Below, in pieces: positions 36,731-48,923 of a stretch of DNA of 64,000 bases; the stretch's first letter is position 1, and each line of letters starts with the position of its first letter. The notes under the pieces were generated by a model. That model searched no databases. It was not told the DNA's origin and saw nothing but the letters and a program-made list of their open reading frames with translations. The translations under genes and the position numbers were made by a program. Source of the stretch: Trichodelitschia bisporula (lineage: Eukaryota); contig ML996696.1 of the NCBI GenBank assembly GCA_010356995.1, positions 2,364 to 66,363 of the forward strand, read 5' to 3'.

Positions 36731-38979
36731 TATCGTCGTCTGAAACCCCACAATTGCCTAACCCATTAACCGCGCGGGCACCCACTTCTATTATACCGCC
36801 CCGCCCCCCGCCCACACGCGCTAAAAACAAACCCGCGAGCACAGCATCATGACAGCACGCCTGGCCCCACCGACCCGCCTGCCCTTTCCACACCCCGCCC
36901 CGCGCCGCGCGATCGCCGCCATGGCGCGGGTGGAAGGTGGAATCGGGGAATGGAGGGGGGAGGCCGGCGCCTGCGGGATTGGGCGGTGGGGACGTGACAA
37001 GCGAGGGAGCCAGCCTTGGCAGCCTGGCGGGCGGCGTGAGTGTTCACCGCGGGCATCCGGCAAGGCACGAACGGGCGCGGGTGTTCAACGGCGGGGCGAT
37101 CGGGGGGGAAAGTCATGGCCGCCCCAGGTATGCATCGATACGTATCAGGGAGGTAACGACTTTCCCGGATGGCCCAGGGCCGACCGGGTCACTGGTGCGT
37201 GCCAGGCTGCCAGCCCCGGCGCGCTGGCAGCGGCTTTACGTCCGGCATCCCCTTCCCGCCAATCTGCTTTCGGGAGGTGGCTGGGGGATGTCAAAAAAAT
37301 TCAGCCGTGCCGCGGGCTGTCATGCTCGTGGCCCTGTTTCCTGTAGGGCGGACGTGGGTAGCGTGGCCGAGGGTTAGTGGCGGGGTTGCTGGGGCTGAGG
37401 AATCGCGGTGAGATGGTGGGGGGCGGGGGGGAGGGGGGATTGGGGCTGGATATTGGATATTGGATATTGGATATGGGGACGCTAGATAAGAGCGCGGATG
37501 TGTGCTTCATGTTGCTTTGAGACAGAACGACAGCGTGCGAGAGAGATCGCAAAGCATTCGCGACTCAACGACGAGGTTGTCCCGTCGCGTGGGACGGGAC
37601 AACAATACGCTACGTCAGAGCGGAGACCCCGGCGTTGCTAGGGGCGGGGAAGCCCCCAGCACCGGAATTAATTAACTCCAAAAATATGCGCACACCTCCC
37701 GCCTTAGGACATGCCGACCGTCATGAATCGGGGGCGATCATCGCGATGGGTTTTCCTCAAGCGATGGATGCGAGATGGGCAGATCAGGAAGCTGGTGGTT
37801 TGCGTCGCGGCGATGAGTGAAAGAGTTGTTATTTGCAGAGACAACAATGATGACGGCTGGGATTGCATGCAAGCGAGGCTGGCGTGGCGGCATGAACGAG
37901 GCCCGGCGATTTGGCGAGCAACGGCTGGTGGCTGGTGACAGCGAACGTCGGCTTGCGAGCTTACAGCGCTTGCGCGGTTTAACGCGGCACATATTGCGAG
38001 GAAGCAAGCGTGCAGTGGCACAGCTGTCAAGAGCATCCATGCTCACGAAAAGGCTTGACGATATTGAATTTCCGGTTCGGGAAGCAGAATTGACCCGGAA
38101 TCCTGAATTTTAGTGCGCGGGGAGAAGACGTTACGAATCTCATTGACTGTGCTGGTGCCGTCTTCCGAGAGAGGACAGGTACTTCATCGCGGAACTGGGC
38201 CGGTGAAAGGTGCGATTCAAGCCAGGCGTTCCTATGGATCTTGCAGTCAGATCCTTTGTTGAGCTGAGATCCCTCTGTTGAGCTGAACCTCGTGCAGTGG
38301 ACATGTCGCTGACGTGCCGTCGACGTGCGCAGGATGTGCAGTTCAACGGTTGCTCCGCTAGGAAGCTGGGTGTTTAGCCGCCTTTGAAGACTGATTGAGG
38401 GCGCTTCTCTCCAAGTCAAAGAGATTGGGCCACAAATATGATCCGATGGAGAAAAGCGCTGCTGTCGAAAAACGGGATGCGGGACGCATCGCGTCAAACT
38501 CGAGATTCACCGGTGGCAACTCCGCAGCGCCTACCTTGCTCCATGCAGCTTGACGTGCCTTGCTGATCGCTGTGAGTGAGAATTCCGTCCCAGAGCATGG
38601 CCAGTTGTTGACATATCCGACATCTCCGAGGGAATCCGCCAGAAAACTCGAAGCGACGCATCCGCCGGTAACGTGACACGACGTCCATGGACCACACATT
38701 GCAAAGCGTGCAACAAAAGGCGAGCCTGGACCGATATGCAAAAGGGAAGGTGCAGTCGCTCTAATATCCATTGGTTCTGCAATTTTTGCACGTTGTGGAT
38801 ATCGTTAATATTCGGCGTGATCTCGTTCGACTTGCTGCTGATTGTGCCTGTCAATGCCGTGTTCGGGGCGATCATGCATGGCATTTCTGCGCAGAATGGC
38901 GTTTGCCATCAGATTGCTTATCGGAGAAGGCGGCTGCGACGAGGAACGTCGGCGATATGCGCAGGAGTAGGAGCAAAGG

Positions 38980-39104
38980 AAGAAGATGAAGATGAAGATG
39001 AAGATGAAGATGAAGATGAAGATGAAGATGAAGGTGAAGGTGAAGGTGAAGGTGAAGGTGAAGGTGAAGGTGAAGATGAAGATGAAGATGAAGATGAAGA
39101 TGAA
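38980..39104. repeat. Compound hexanucleotide microsatellite (GAAGAT)n(GAAGGT)n(GAAGAT)n
   Basis: Directly visible; ~310 bp upstream of the PDC start. Confidence 0.95.
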
Positions 39105-39414
39105 GCAGAGATGAAGCTCTGACCAGAATAAAGCTGTGAAGCGTGAAGACGGAGAGATGTCACGGCTTCAACCATCGTCGATAGCTTCCAATCACCATCA
39201 CATAGTAGCTGACTGTTCGCTGACGGCACCGGGTAGCACCTTACCCTCGTCGATAAGAAAGCGCCCCGCTCGCCGTCATAGCCCCATCATGGCAGGCAGG
39301 GCACCAGCATCATTCGATGAGCAACACCAAAAGATATAACTAAACTCCGCCCCATCCGCATATCTTCATCGCCCAAACCTACATCCACCACTCCCCTCCC
39401 CAAATTCTGCTATC

Positions 39415-41315
39415 ATGGACGTTCGTACGGCAGAGCTCAAAGAGCCAATTACTGTCGCAGAGGTACCCCACTGCCTTCCCGCCCACTCCCGCTTGCCCCG
39501 CTCATCACATGCCAGTACCTCTTCCGCCGCCTACACGAGGTCGGCGTGCGCTCCGTCCACGGCCTGCCCGGCGACTACAATCTCGTTGCGCTAGACTACC
39601 TAACAAACTCGGGCCTACGCTGGGTGGGGAACTGCAACGAGCTCAATGCAGGTAACGGCGTCCGCTCCCTCCTGAACTCAACCGCTGAACAAAGCAAGGT
39701 TATGCGGCCGACGGCTATGCGCGCGTCAAGGGCATCGCCGCCATTGTCACGACGTTCGGCGTCGGTGAGCTCTCGACCCTGAATGCTATCGCTGGCGCGT
39801 ACTCTGAGTACGTGCCTGTGGTGCACATCGTCGGCTACCCGTCGACTGTGTCGCAGCGCAATGGCATGCTGCTCCACCACACGCTGGGCAACGGCGACTA
39901 CACCGTCTTCTCCACCATGAGCCGGCCCATTTCGTGCGCCGTCAGCCTGCTCAATGATCCTATGGATGCGGCGAGCCTGATCGATCATGCTATTAGCCAG
40001 TGCTACCTCCACAGCCGGCCTGTGTACATTTCCCTGCCCACGGACATTGTGGAGAAGAAGATTGAGGGCGCGAGGCTGAAGAAGTCGCTGGATCTCGAGT
40101 ACCCTCCCAACGAGGGCGAAAAGGAGGACTACGTTGTTGCGGTGGTGCTCAAGTACCTGCGTGAGGCCACGAACCCAGTGATTCTGGTGGACGCGTGCGC
40201 CATCCGTCACCGAGTGAGCCGCCCCTTCCCTCTGTCCCAATCGTCCCTTCCCTCTGTCACGATCGTCCCTTCCCTACTAATCCGCCACCCCGCGCCAGGC
40301 CCTCAAGGAAACCCACGAGTTGATCAAAACCTCCGGCCTACCAACCTTCGTCACGCCCATGGGCAAAGGCGCCGTCGATGAAACCCTCCCCAACTACGGC
40401 GGCGTGTACGCCGGCAGCGGATCCAACGCCGGCGTGCGCAAGGCCGTCGAGTCCTCGGACTTGGTCCTGACCATCGGGTCCATCAAGAGCGACTTCAACA
40501 CCGCGGGCTTCACGTACCGCATCAGTGATCTCAACAGTGTCGACCTGCACTCCTCTTTTGTGCGTGTACGCTACAGCGAGTACCCCGGTGTGCGCATGAA
40601 CGGCGTGCTCCACAAGGTGGCCTTGCACCTCGGTCAGCTGAAGGTCAAGGCTGGCCCCGTGCCGAACAATACGATCCCGGACGCCGAGAGCAAGTCGAGC
40701 GATCCCACCATCACACAAGCCTGGTTCTGGCCCCGCCTCGGCCAGTGGCTGTGCGAGAACGATGTGGTGATTACCGAGACAGGCACCGCCAACTTTGGCA
40801 TCTGGGAGACGCGCTTTCCGAAAGGCGTCACGGCCATTAGCCAGGTGCTGTGGGGGAGTATTGGGTACGCGACGGGTGCGTGTCAGGGCGCGGCGCTGGC
40901 GGCCAAGGAGGTGGGCATCAATCGCACCATCTTGTTCACCGGCGACGGGAGCTTCCAACTCACGGCGCAAGAGGTCAGCACGATGCTGAAGCTGCGTCTC
41001 AACCCCATCATCTTCATCATCTGCAACAAGGGGTACACGATCGAGCGGTACATCCACGGCTGGGACGCGGGGTACAACGATGTGCAGGAGTGGGACTACA
41101 AGGGCATTCCGGCTGTGTTTGGCGCCGCCAAGGGCCAGGCACAGACCTATGTTGTCAAGTCGAAGGAGGACGTTGAGAAGCTGTTTACGGATAAGGATTT
41201 TAGCGCCCCGATGAGCGATAAGTTGCGCTTTGTGGAGTTGCATATCCCGCGCGACGATGCGCCGGAGGCGTTGAAGAGCACGGCTGAGGCGGCGGCGAAG
41301 CGGAATGCCGAATGA
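39415..41315 (+). CDS. pdcA: Pyruvate decarboxylase (ThDP-dependent), spliced
   Basis: [48 protein letters not shown], ThDP motif [11 protein letters not shown]...NKGYTIER. Three introns. Confidence 0.95.
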
Positions 41316-41732
41316 GCGGACGCGGGCTGTGTTAAGTGAGGCTGCGAGAGCGAGCAGGTAGAGCTGATCGGAACGGGTAGGAATGCACCCAGATAGACAA
41401 ATGAACGAAGCTACGATGTCCTCATGCATGACGTTTTCCAACCTGCCCTTCTAATCGGGAACGCGAACATGACCCGTGTGCGTACCGCTTCTCCGGAATA
41501 TAAAGCTTCGACTTCCGGACTTCTGGAGCTGATGCGAAGCGTATTTCATCATCGTCTTTGGCGCGCCAGGCGGTGGGAAAGAATGGCCTGTTGCTTGTAA
41601 TGTGGACATGAGGAAGGAGCATTGCTAGACTGGAAGGAACAGGCCGGACATGATGTAATGGGCTCATGATAGAGGGAAGGAGAATCGGAAGATATTCGCC
41701 ACATCGTGTATATAATCTCGAGCATGTCTTTC

Positions 41733-41787
41733 CCTCTTCCTCTCTTCCTCTCTTCCTCTCTTCCTCTCTTCCTCTCTTCCTCTCTTC
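41733..41787. repeat. 8-bp tandem repeat (cctctctt)n
   Basis: About 6-7 copies between the convergent PDC and MFS 3' ends. Confidence 0.9.
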
Positions 41788-42036
41788 GTCTTTACTTCAA
41801 TCTTCAGTTTACAGTTGCCTCCGCACGTAACGAGCCTTTACTCCCATCATCTGCCTATTATAGCCTCTGCGATAGCGGAGGTTACATATGGTCTATCGAT
41901 GGTCGGTCGATGCAGATATGCCGGTGAGCTCAAAGATGTTCCGGCTATCCACGTTCCGATTGAGTTCTGCACGAACTGAACGGTTTTGACGCACACCCTC
42001 CTCACCATACACCCACTTCCTCACCATACACCCACT

Positions 42037-43380
42037 TCACACACCATCCCCACTTCCCTCTCTCCTAGTCTTCCTTCCCAACATCCACTTCGCACGCCCC
42101 AACATCCCCGCGCCCAAAAGCATGACCCCTCCGCAAAACCCGCCCATCCCGCCATAACCCCCCTTCCCAATTAACGCCCCACCTACCGGCCCCCCCGCCA
42201 ACCCCGCAAAACTCACCACGGCACACACAACCCCAAGCCTCGCCCCGCCCCCACCAAACGCAGTACTGCTCGCCTGAAATAGCGCCTGGCACGCACCAGC
42301 CAGAAACCCGTATACGGCGGCCCAGGCCCAAAACCCAGGCATCGAACGCACACCCGCCCACGCCGCGAACACGATCCCTGTTGCGGCGACTGTCGGGATC
42401 TGCACGCCTAATGCACTGCCCAGCCGGTCCGCGAGCAAGGCGGGTAGGATGCGGCCCGGTATCCCCGCGGCGTTGACGAGCAGGAGGATGTGGAAGGTGG
42501 ATGCCTGGCTGGCCCCGAGGGTCGAGGCGTAGGCCCTCGCGAACCAGTACCCGCTGTACAGGCCGAGAAAGGCGAGGAACGTCCCCGCACAAAAAAGGGC
42601 GAAGGCTGGGCTGCGCAGGGCGGTGATGTCGAGGAGGGGTTGTTTGGCAGCCGGGCGAGCAAGGGGTGGAGGGCGGGAGAACGGGCCGGTGAGAGCGGCA
42701 ATGAGGAGCATGACGGCGGCCATGGCACGGAGGGTCCAGGGCGCGCCGATTTGCGGGAGAAGCGACGAGGCTAGGGCGGGGAAGAGGATGCCGCCTGTGC
42801 CGCCGCCCGATGCGACTAAGGAGAGGGCGAGGGTGCGGTTCGGGGAGAAGGAGAAGTGCGATGCTACTAGGGCGACGGCGGGGCAGAAGAGGAGGCCGTT
42901 TCCCAGACCCATTAGGAGGCCTTGGGTTAGGAAGAGGGTCGGGAAGTGGGTGGTGGTGAAGGAGGCGGAGAGATGAGATACTGTTTGCAGGGTTAGGCCG
43001 AGGAGGAGGGTGGGCCTGTGATAGCCGGCGTCCAGGAGGCGGCCGGAGAGGGGGGCGAGAGCGAAGATGAGGAAGAGTTGGGTTGTGCCTATCCAGGCGA
43101 TGGTGGAGGGGGGGAGGGAGAGGGTGGACACGTAGTAGGGTTGAAAGATGCCGAAGGAGAGGGTGGTGCCGAAGGTGTTTATGTTTATTAGGTGGGAGAG
43201 GAGGACTTGGAGCCAGGCTGAGCGGGGGGTGGAAGTTACGGACGAGGCTGACATATCGGCAGTGATGAGCACTTCGGCCGCTTTGGGAGCATCTTCAAAG
43301 GCCTCGGAGCTGGACTCGATGTCGTCTTTCCGTGGGCCCGATCCAGTGAAGGGATCTTGGGGCCGCGGAGAGGATGCCAT
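42037..43380 (-). CDS. MFS transporter, monocarboxylate porter (Mch/Mch5-like) family
   Basis: AWLQVL..HL...NTFG...SFGIFQ.YY, IAWIG, SGRLLDAG, QGLLMGLGNG, GRILPALLADRLG; ~12 TM segments. Confidence 0.9.
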   Translation of the reverse strand: MASSPRPQDPFTGSGPRKDDIESSSEAFEDAPKAAEVLITADMSASSVTSTPRSAWLQVLLSHLININTFGTTLSFGIFQPYYVSTLSLPPSTIAWIGTTQLFLIFALAPLSGRLLDAGYHRPTLLLGLTLQTVSHLSASFTTTHFPTLFLTQGLLMGLGNGLLFCPAVALVASHFSFSPNRTLALSLVASGGGTGGILFPALASSLLPQIGAPWTLRAMAAVMLLIAALTGPFSRPPPLARPAAKQPLLDITALRSPAFALFCAGTFLAFLGLYSGYWFARAYASTLGASQASTFHILLLVNAAGIPGRILPALLADRLGSALGVQIPTVAATGIVFAAWAGVRSMPGFWAWAAVYGFLAGACQALFQASSTAFGGGGARLGVVCAVVSFAGLAGGPVGGALIGKGGYGGMGGFCGGVMLLGAGMLGRAKWMLGRKTRREGSGDGV

Positions 43381-44303
43381 TTCCAAGAGCAGAGTGAGAG
43401 GAGTGCACACAACCTACCTCCTCAGTGCCGCCGGCAGCAGTCATCTTGAGTATGCACCGTGTTGTATCATGGTGCTGAATGCAGACACCGCCGTCCTGCA
43501 TTAGTCAGGAAAAAGACCTGCATGTAGTGAGCTGTACGCTGCTAGTCCGGTTAGCGAGATCGGATATGCACGATAGATATTACGGCCGGGTGAGCGGGAT
43601 GCAAGTTGCGGATCATGCCTTCTGTTGTGGTGATGGCGACATGGGTGGAATATCAATTGCCCGGTAGTGATGTTGGTGTTTCGGCTTCAACTTTTAACTT
43701 CAACCTCAGTGTGTTAAATGAGTAAAATTCCAGCACAGGCTGAAAGGCATCAAGAATGTGCCGAAGACTGATGAGGAGCCCAATGAAGCATATGAACCCG
43801 ATTTTTGAGGTCGATCGCTCCCGGGCCGGCTTCTGGCCCGGGCCGATGTCGGTGACCACCCGAAGTGGCATTCTCTCCGACATTAACATCTGATCGCGAA
43901 TTCTTATCTCAATATACCATTTGCCATCTTCAACAGCTCGCTAACACAAAGCCCGTCCCCGTCCTTCTAACAACCCGCAGCAATATACCACGCCCGGCCT
44001 TTCCTTCTCCCTCTATCCAAAACAGGCACGCTCCCCCAAAAGTAGCCGAAGCGCAACCGCCAGCCTCGCCTACCGAACTCGACCCTAATGAAGCACTCTA
44101 TGCCCGGCGGCTAGGCCCGCGCTTCACACCCGGTAGCATCGTCCCGGCGCACGTGCTGCCCCTGCGCCACTCTGTACGCAATCTCGCTTCCTCCCGAGCC
44201 CGCGCCATGTGCGCGGCCGAAGCGGTCGCCGGAGCGGTCTTATGCTGCCTCTCCCCACCGCCGCCGGCCCTGCCGCCCGCCCACCGTCCTTTCCGTCGGA
44301 GCC

Positions 44304-45820
44304 ATGAAGCTCCCCACCCTCGTTTCCCTGGTGCTCCCCGCGCTCGTCGCAGCCGACACCTGCGCCACCCTCGCATCCCAAAACCCAGAAATCACACAGC
44401 TCAAACGCAGCGACAAAGCCTTCACGCCCACCCTCTCCTACTGGTCCGCCGCCTGCGCCGCGCAGCAGCCGAGCTGCATCCTGCTCCCGAAATCCTCTTC
44501 CGAAGTCAGCACCATCATCCGCGCGCTGGGCACGACCACCGAACCCTTCGCCGTGAAATCCGGCGGTCACAATCCGAACTGCGGCTTTGCCAGCGTGGCG
44601 GGGGGGCCGCTGGTTAGTTTGCAGTATCTGAATGAAGTGGCGTATGATGCGGCGGCGCGGACCGTGCGCGTCGGGCCGGGGAATAGGTGGCACAATGTCA
44701 GTGCCGCGCTGCAGGGCACCGGGATGACGGTTGTCGGGGGGAGGATGGGCGAGGTTGGTGTCGGGGGGTACATGCTCGGGGGTATGCGCGCTCTCCTTCT
44801 CTCACGAAACGGACTGACGTGTGCTCAGGGGGCCTGAGTTTCCTAAGCGGACAGTACGGGTGGGCGGCCGACAACGTCGTGGCCTACGAAGTGGTGCTCG
44901 CGGACGGGCGCATCGTCAATGCGACTGCCGGGCAGAACCGGGAATTATTCGCCGCGCTCAAGGGCGGGGGGAATAAATTCGGCGTCGTGACGGCGTTTAC
45001 CCTGCGCGCACACCCACAGGGTGAAGTCTGGGGCGGCGTCATCGCGTTCACAGGCGGAAACACGCCCGCCATGCTGCGCGCCATCCGGGACTACACGGAG
45101 TACAACACCGACGCCAAAGCCGGCATCATCGCCACCGCCGAGCTCACAGGGCTCAATCTCGTGGACATCTGGATCCTGTTCCTGTTCTACGACGCCCCTG
45201 CCCCGCCGCCGGGTGTGTTTGCGAATTTCACGCAGATACCGCATTTGTTGGATACGACGAAACGGAGGAGCTATCATGATCTACTGACGTTTAATAATGG
45301 GTTTGTGCTTAAGAATCAGATTTATACGATTGGGACGGAGACGACGCCACTACCTGCTGCGGAGGCACAGCCGGTGATGCAGGAGTTGTATTCCGCGTGG
45401 CATACTGCGGCTGCGAGTGTCGCGCGGGTGAGCGGCGTGGTCGCGAGTCTGGCGTTCCAACCGCTGCCCAAATCCATCCCCGCTATCTCCACACAGGCCG
45501 GCGGGTTAGTCACTGGGTGGGACACGGCGCAGGACCGGATCGTGCTGGAGCTGGACTACAGCTACTGGTACCCGCGGGATAACGCCGCCATCGATGGGGC
45601 TATGAACGCGACGATCGGCGGGTTGAAGGGGGTTGTGGAGCGGAATGTGGCGGCGAAGGTGTTGCCGGAGGTGAAGCTGCCGCTGTTTATGAATGATGGG
45701 TATTTTAGGCAGGATTATTGGGGGAGGATTGGGGGGGGGAGTAGGGAGAAGTGGGGGAGGATACGGAGGAAGTTTGATGCGCAAGGGCTATGGAGTAGGA
45801 CTGGTGGGTTTGCGCTATAG
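44304..45820 (+). CDS. Secreted FAD-linked oxidoreductase (VAO/BBE-like, FAD_binding_4), spliced
   Basis: Signal peptide; FAVKSGGHN (covalent-FAD His motif), VGVGGYMLGGGLSFLSGQYG, ELFAALKGGGNKFGVVT. Intron ~44782-44829. Confidence 0.92.
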
Positions 45821-46084
45821 GCTTGGTGGGGGGGTGGGGGTGGTTTATAGGGGGCCGGCGATAGGCGCACGCTTCAGGCGCTGGGTTTAGAACGGGCAGT
45901 CCATTCTTTTCCATCGTCTCGGCGTGCTGAAAATCATGATGAAACATATGGGCAGATCCTGCATCTCCAGTCAGCAGTTGGCTTCTCCGCATCAACGGCA
46001 CATACCACGCTCATCCCATCTACAAAACGCACCCCATCCGCGGCTTCCTATCCATCCTTGCCCCCGTAAAATCACCCTTCAAAA

Positions 46085-46510
46085 TTACCCATCAACATCC
46101 ATCCGCCCCCCCCCCTCCTTCCCCATCCTCCTAAGCACCCCCCTCAACCCCTCACACCTCCCCTCAAGTCCCTTCAATTCCCCCTCCTGCTCGGTACAAC
46201 TCCTCCCCACATCCCCCCCCCCCTCCACCGCCTGCCGCGCCTTCTGAATCCTGACCCTAATTCGTCCCACCTGGGCGCCCAACTCATGTATATCCAGTCT
46301 TGCGCCTTCTTCTCCGGGCGCAGCGTCGGCGGTTTGGGGGGCTTCCGGCGTGTTAATTTGGAGGCCGGGGGAGGGTAGGAGCAGGCGGGAGAGCAGCGCG
46401 GAGAGCGGGGGGAGGATGTCGAATGTATGCGGCGCTGGGAGGGGGGGGCATTCGTCTGGCCCGGTGGGGGCGGGGGTCGGGGGGATGGAGGGGGTTGTTG
46501 GTGTTGTCAT
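46085..46510 (-). CDS. MED9: Mediator subunit Med9 (Cse2)
   Basis: PAPHTFDILPPL..LLSRL and RIRVRIQKARQAV....DVGRS..EQE.EL..LE pattern. Confidence 0.78.
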   Translation of the reverse strand: MTTPTTPSIPPTPAPTGPDECPPLPAPHTFDILPPLSALLSRLLLPSPGLQINTPEAPQTADAAPGEEGARLDIHELGAQVGRIRVRIQKARQAVEGGGDVGRSCTEQEGELKGLEGRCEGLRGVLRRMGKEGGGRMDVDG

Positions 46511-47107
46511 CGTGTGTGTTTTGTTGAGTGAGAAGTAAGTGTCGTTTGTAATGAAGAAGGTGGAGTTACCGTACTATCGTGTATGGAGAGGCGGAGGTGG
46601 GGTGGTGGAGTTGTAGTAGTAATGTAGAGAGGCGGAGATGGAGTTGCGCGTCTCGCCTCGCGTCAAGTGGGCCTGGCCCGTGCACACTTGCCAAGTATCT
46701 CGATCCCCGATATGGCAATTCGTCATGGCTTCATGTTTCTGGATTGCAGATACTCAATCTTCGGCTTTAAAGTTTAGAAAAATGTCAGCCGGCGCCTTTA
46801 GCAGCAGTTCAAAAATCCTCCACAAAGCCGACATAACGAAGTTGCAAAAACCCCTAAGGCCCTAACGACAGGAAGGTTAACCTTAAAGGGGTGAGTTCGA
46901 CGCATACGGTTCTCGATGCAGGACGCCTGTATTGATTCTTCTACCATGTGTATCTTCAGCAAGTCTAAGCTTTTCAACAAGCAACGCTCGAGACGAATCG
47001 AACCTCATCTATACAATTTCCACACGCCCGCGTCCACAACAAGCAGCAAAGCGTCCACCCTACACGCCCTCCATCGCCATACGTCCCATCACCACCCCAC
47101 CCTCTCA

Positions 47108-48294
47108 CTAAATCGCCATCCCCCTCCCCTCCCTCCTCCCGTACCCCTCATCCCCCTCCCCCGAACTCCCCGCCGAAAGCGCACTCCTCCGCCCCCCCTC
47201 ATCCCCACCAAGCCCACTCAACAACGTCCCCGCACTCCCCCTCTCCCCAACCCCAAGCCGACTCGGCGCCCCCCTCTCATACTCATTATGCCCCATCCAC
47301 CCCCCCCACTGCCCCAGCAACCCCTCCCTCTGCGCCTGCTGCGCCCCAAGGGGCACATCCACCAGCCCCGTCCTAGTGTACGCGCCATGTATATTAACGT
47401 ACGGATCGCCGGCCAGAGGTGCCACGTGCGGGGGGTGGATCGGGATCGGCGCGCGGGGGGTGCTGGGGCGGCGGCGGCGGGAGCGGCGGAAGCAGCCGCG
47501 GAACCAGAGGATGGCGAGGAGGATGAGGGCGGCGAGGAGGATGAACCCGACGGAGAGGCCGGCTGTGCTGCCTTTTGAGAGCGCGGATTTTTTGTGTGCC
47601 GTCGGTGTGGGCGAGGGTATGGCCGAGGTTTGCCGCGCCGCGGACGTGCTGCTGGAAGATGTGGAGAGCGTGCTCGATGTCCGGGTACTAACGGTCGGCG
47701 TAGCAGTCTGCCATGGCGGATCGAGTCTTAGAACCGTCTGCACCACGCCATCCGCAATATGTAACGTTCCGCGGCCGGAGGCACAATCGCACTCCGGGTC
47801 GCCGGTGCAGCAATAGGAACTCGCGCCGCAGGGCGTGAGGTCGCCGTTCGTGGTGAAATTGCCCTGTTTCCACAGTCAGCCCCCCATCTCAGCCCTCCAT
47901 TCCCTTCCCTCCCCCATGACCCCAGGCCACTCACCAAACAAAAATCCCCACAATTCGCATTCGCCCAAAGCCCATTCGTACACGCCCCTCTTCGCTTCGT
48001 CCCCAACGGCACCCCCCTATCCATCGCCACACCCCGCGGATCCGTCAACGCACACATCGCATTGCTGTAACACACCCAGCCCGCGAGACAACACGCCGTG
48101 ATATACGCGCTCGGATCGCAGGGGAAATACCCCGGCGCCAGCGCGCCGGCGGGGTCATAGCACGGCGCGTTGGGGTCAGCGGTAGCTCGCAACGCAAGCC
48201 CGAGAAATAGCGCAAGCCAGACGAGGCGGAAGCCCGGGCCGAGACCGAGGGAACGGCTGAAGCCGCGCGGGCCGAAAACGTGGGCCGATCGCAT
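47108..48294 (-). CDS. Single-pass membrane protein with Cys-rich ectodomain and Ser/Thr stalk (Mid2-like sensor architecture), spliced
   Basis: Signal peptide; CY.P.G......PC.......CC.....C.SN..C motif; S/T-rich linker; LSKGSTAGLSVG TM followed by RRSRRRR. Intron ~47873-47935. Confidence 0.75.
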
Positions 48295-48923
48295 GTCGCT
48301 CAATCGTGACGCCGCCGCGAAAATTTTGCGGCGAAGATGGGCCTCCGCGCTATTTATCACACCCGCGCAATCGCCGCTCTCCCCTTGGGCCTTCCCAGCG
48401 CGCGAGCGGCACTGGCAATTCGACGAGGCTGCGATGCGGGCGGGGGAACGGTGGCCTATCAGGGTGCGGGGAGGCGCGGGGCTAGCGTGTTTGGGGGTGT
48501 GCACGGTACGGGGCTGTCTGCGAGGCAGAGAGCGAGGCACGGGTGCAGGAGGGGGAGTGAGGCTGTGTTGGGGTTTGGGTTTGGGTTTGGTGGTTGGGTG
48601 GGGATGGGGGGTGGAAATAGAATGTGATGATGGGGTGTTGGCGGAGGCTGTTAGACCGCTGGAGAGGCCGTGCTTTTTGGGTTTGTCGTGGCCTGGCGAG
48701 AGGAGGCCGCGGTATGCAGCTGCGAAAGCCTGGTCTGCTAGCGTAGCCTTACTGCAAGTGAATGATCGGACCTGGGAGTGGGGGGGCAGGGTGGGTTGGG
48801 GGGGGCTTGATATCCCCAGGATCCCCTCGTGAACTCTTTCGCCCCATAGCCTGATTCCCATCTCCTAGACCTCGTATTTCCAACTCCAAGTCCGCTGCTC
48901 ATCATCGAACCCCGTCCTTAATA

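Noticed and set aside
38673..39122. 149-aa ORF with Asp/Glu/Gly tract
   Set aside because: Length owes much to the stop-free microsatellite; the rest lacks codon bias and motifs.
32882..45820. Secondary-metabolite cluster (AKR, esterase, PDC, MFS, FAD oxidase)
   Set aside because: No PKS/NRPS/terpene/DMATS backbone or pathway transcription factor; PDC is primary metabolism; such neighbours are common by chance.
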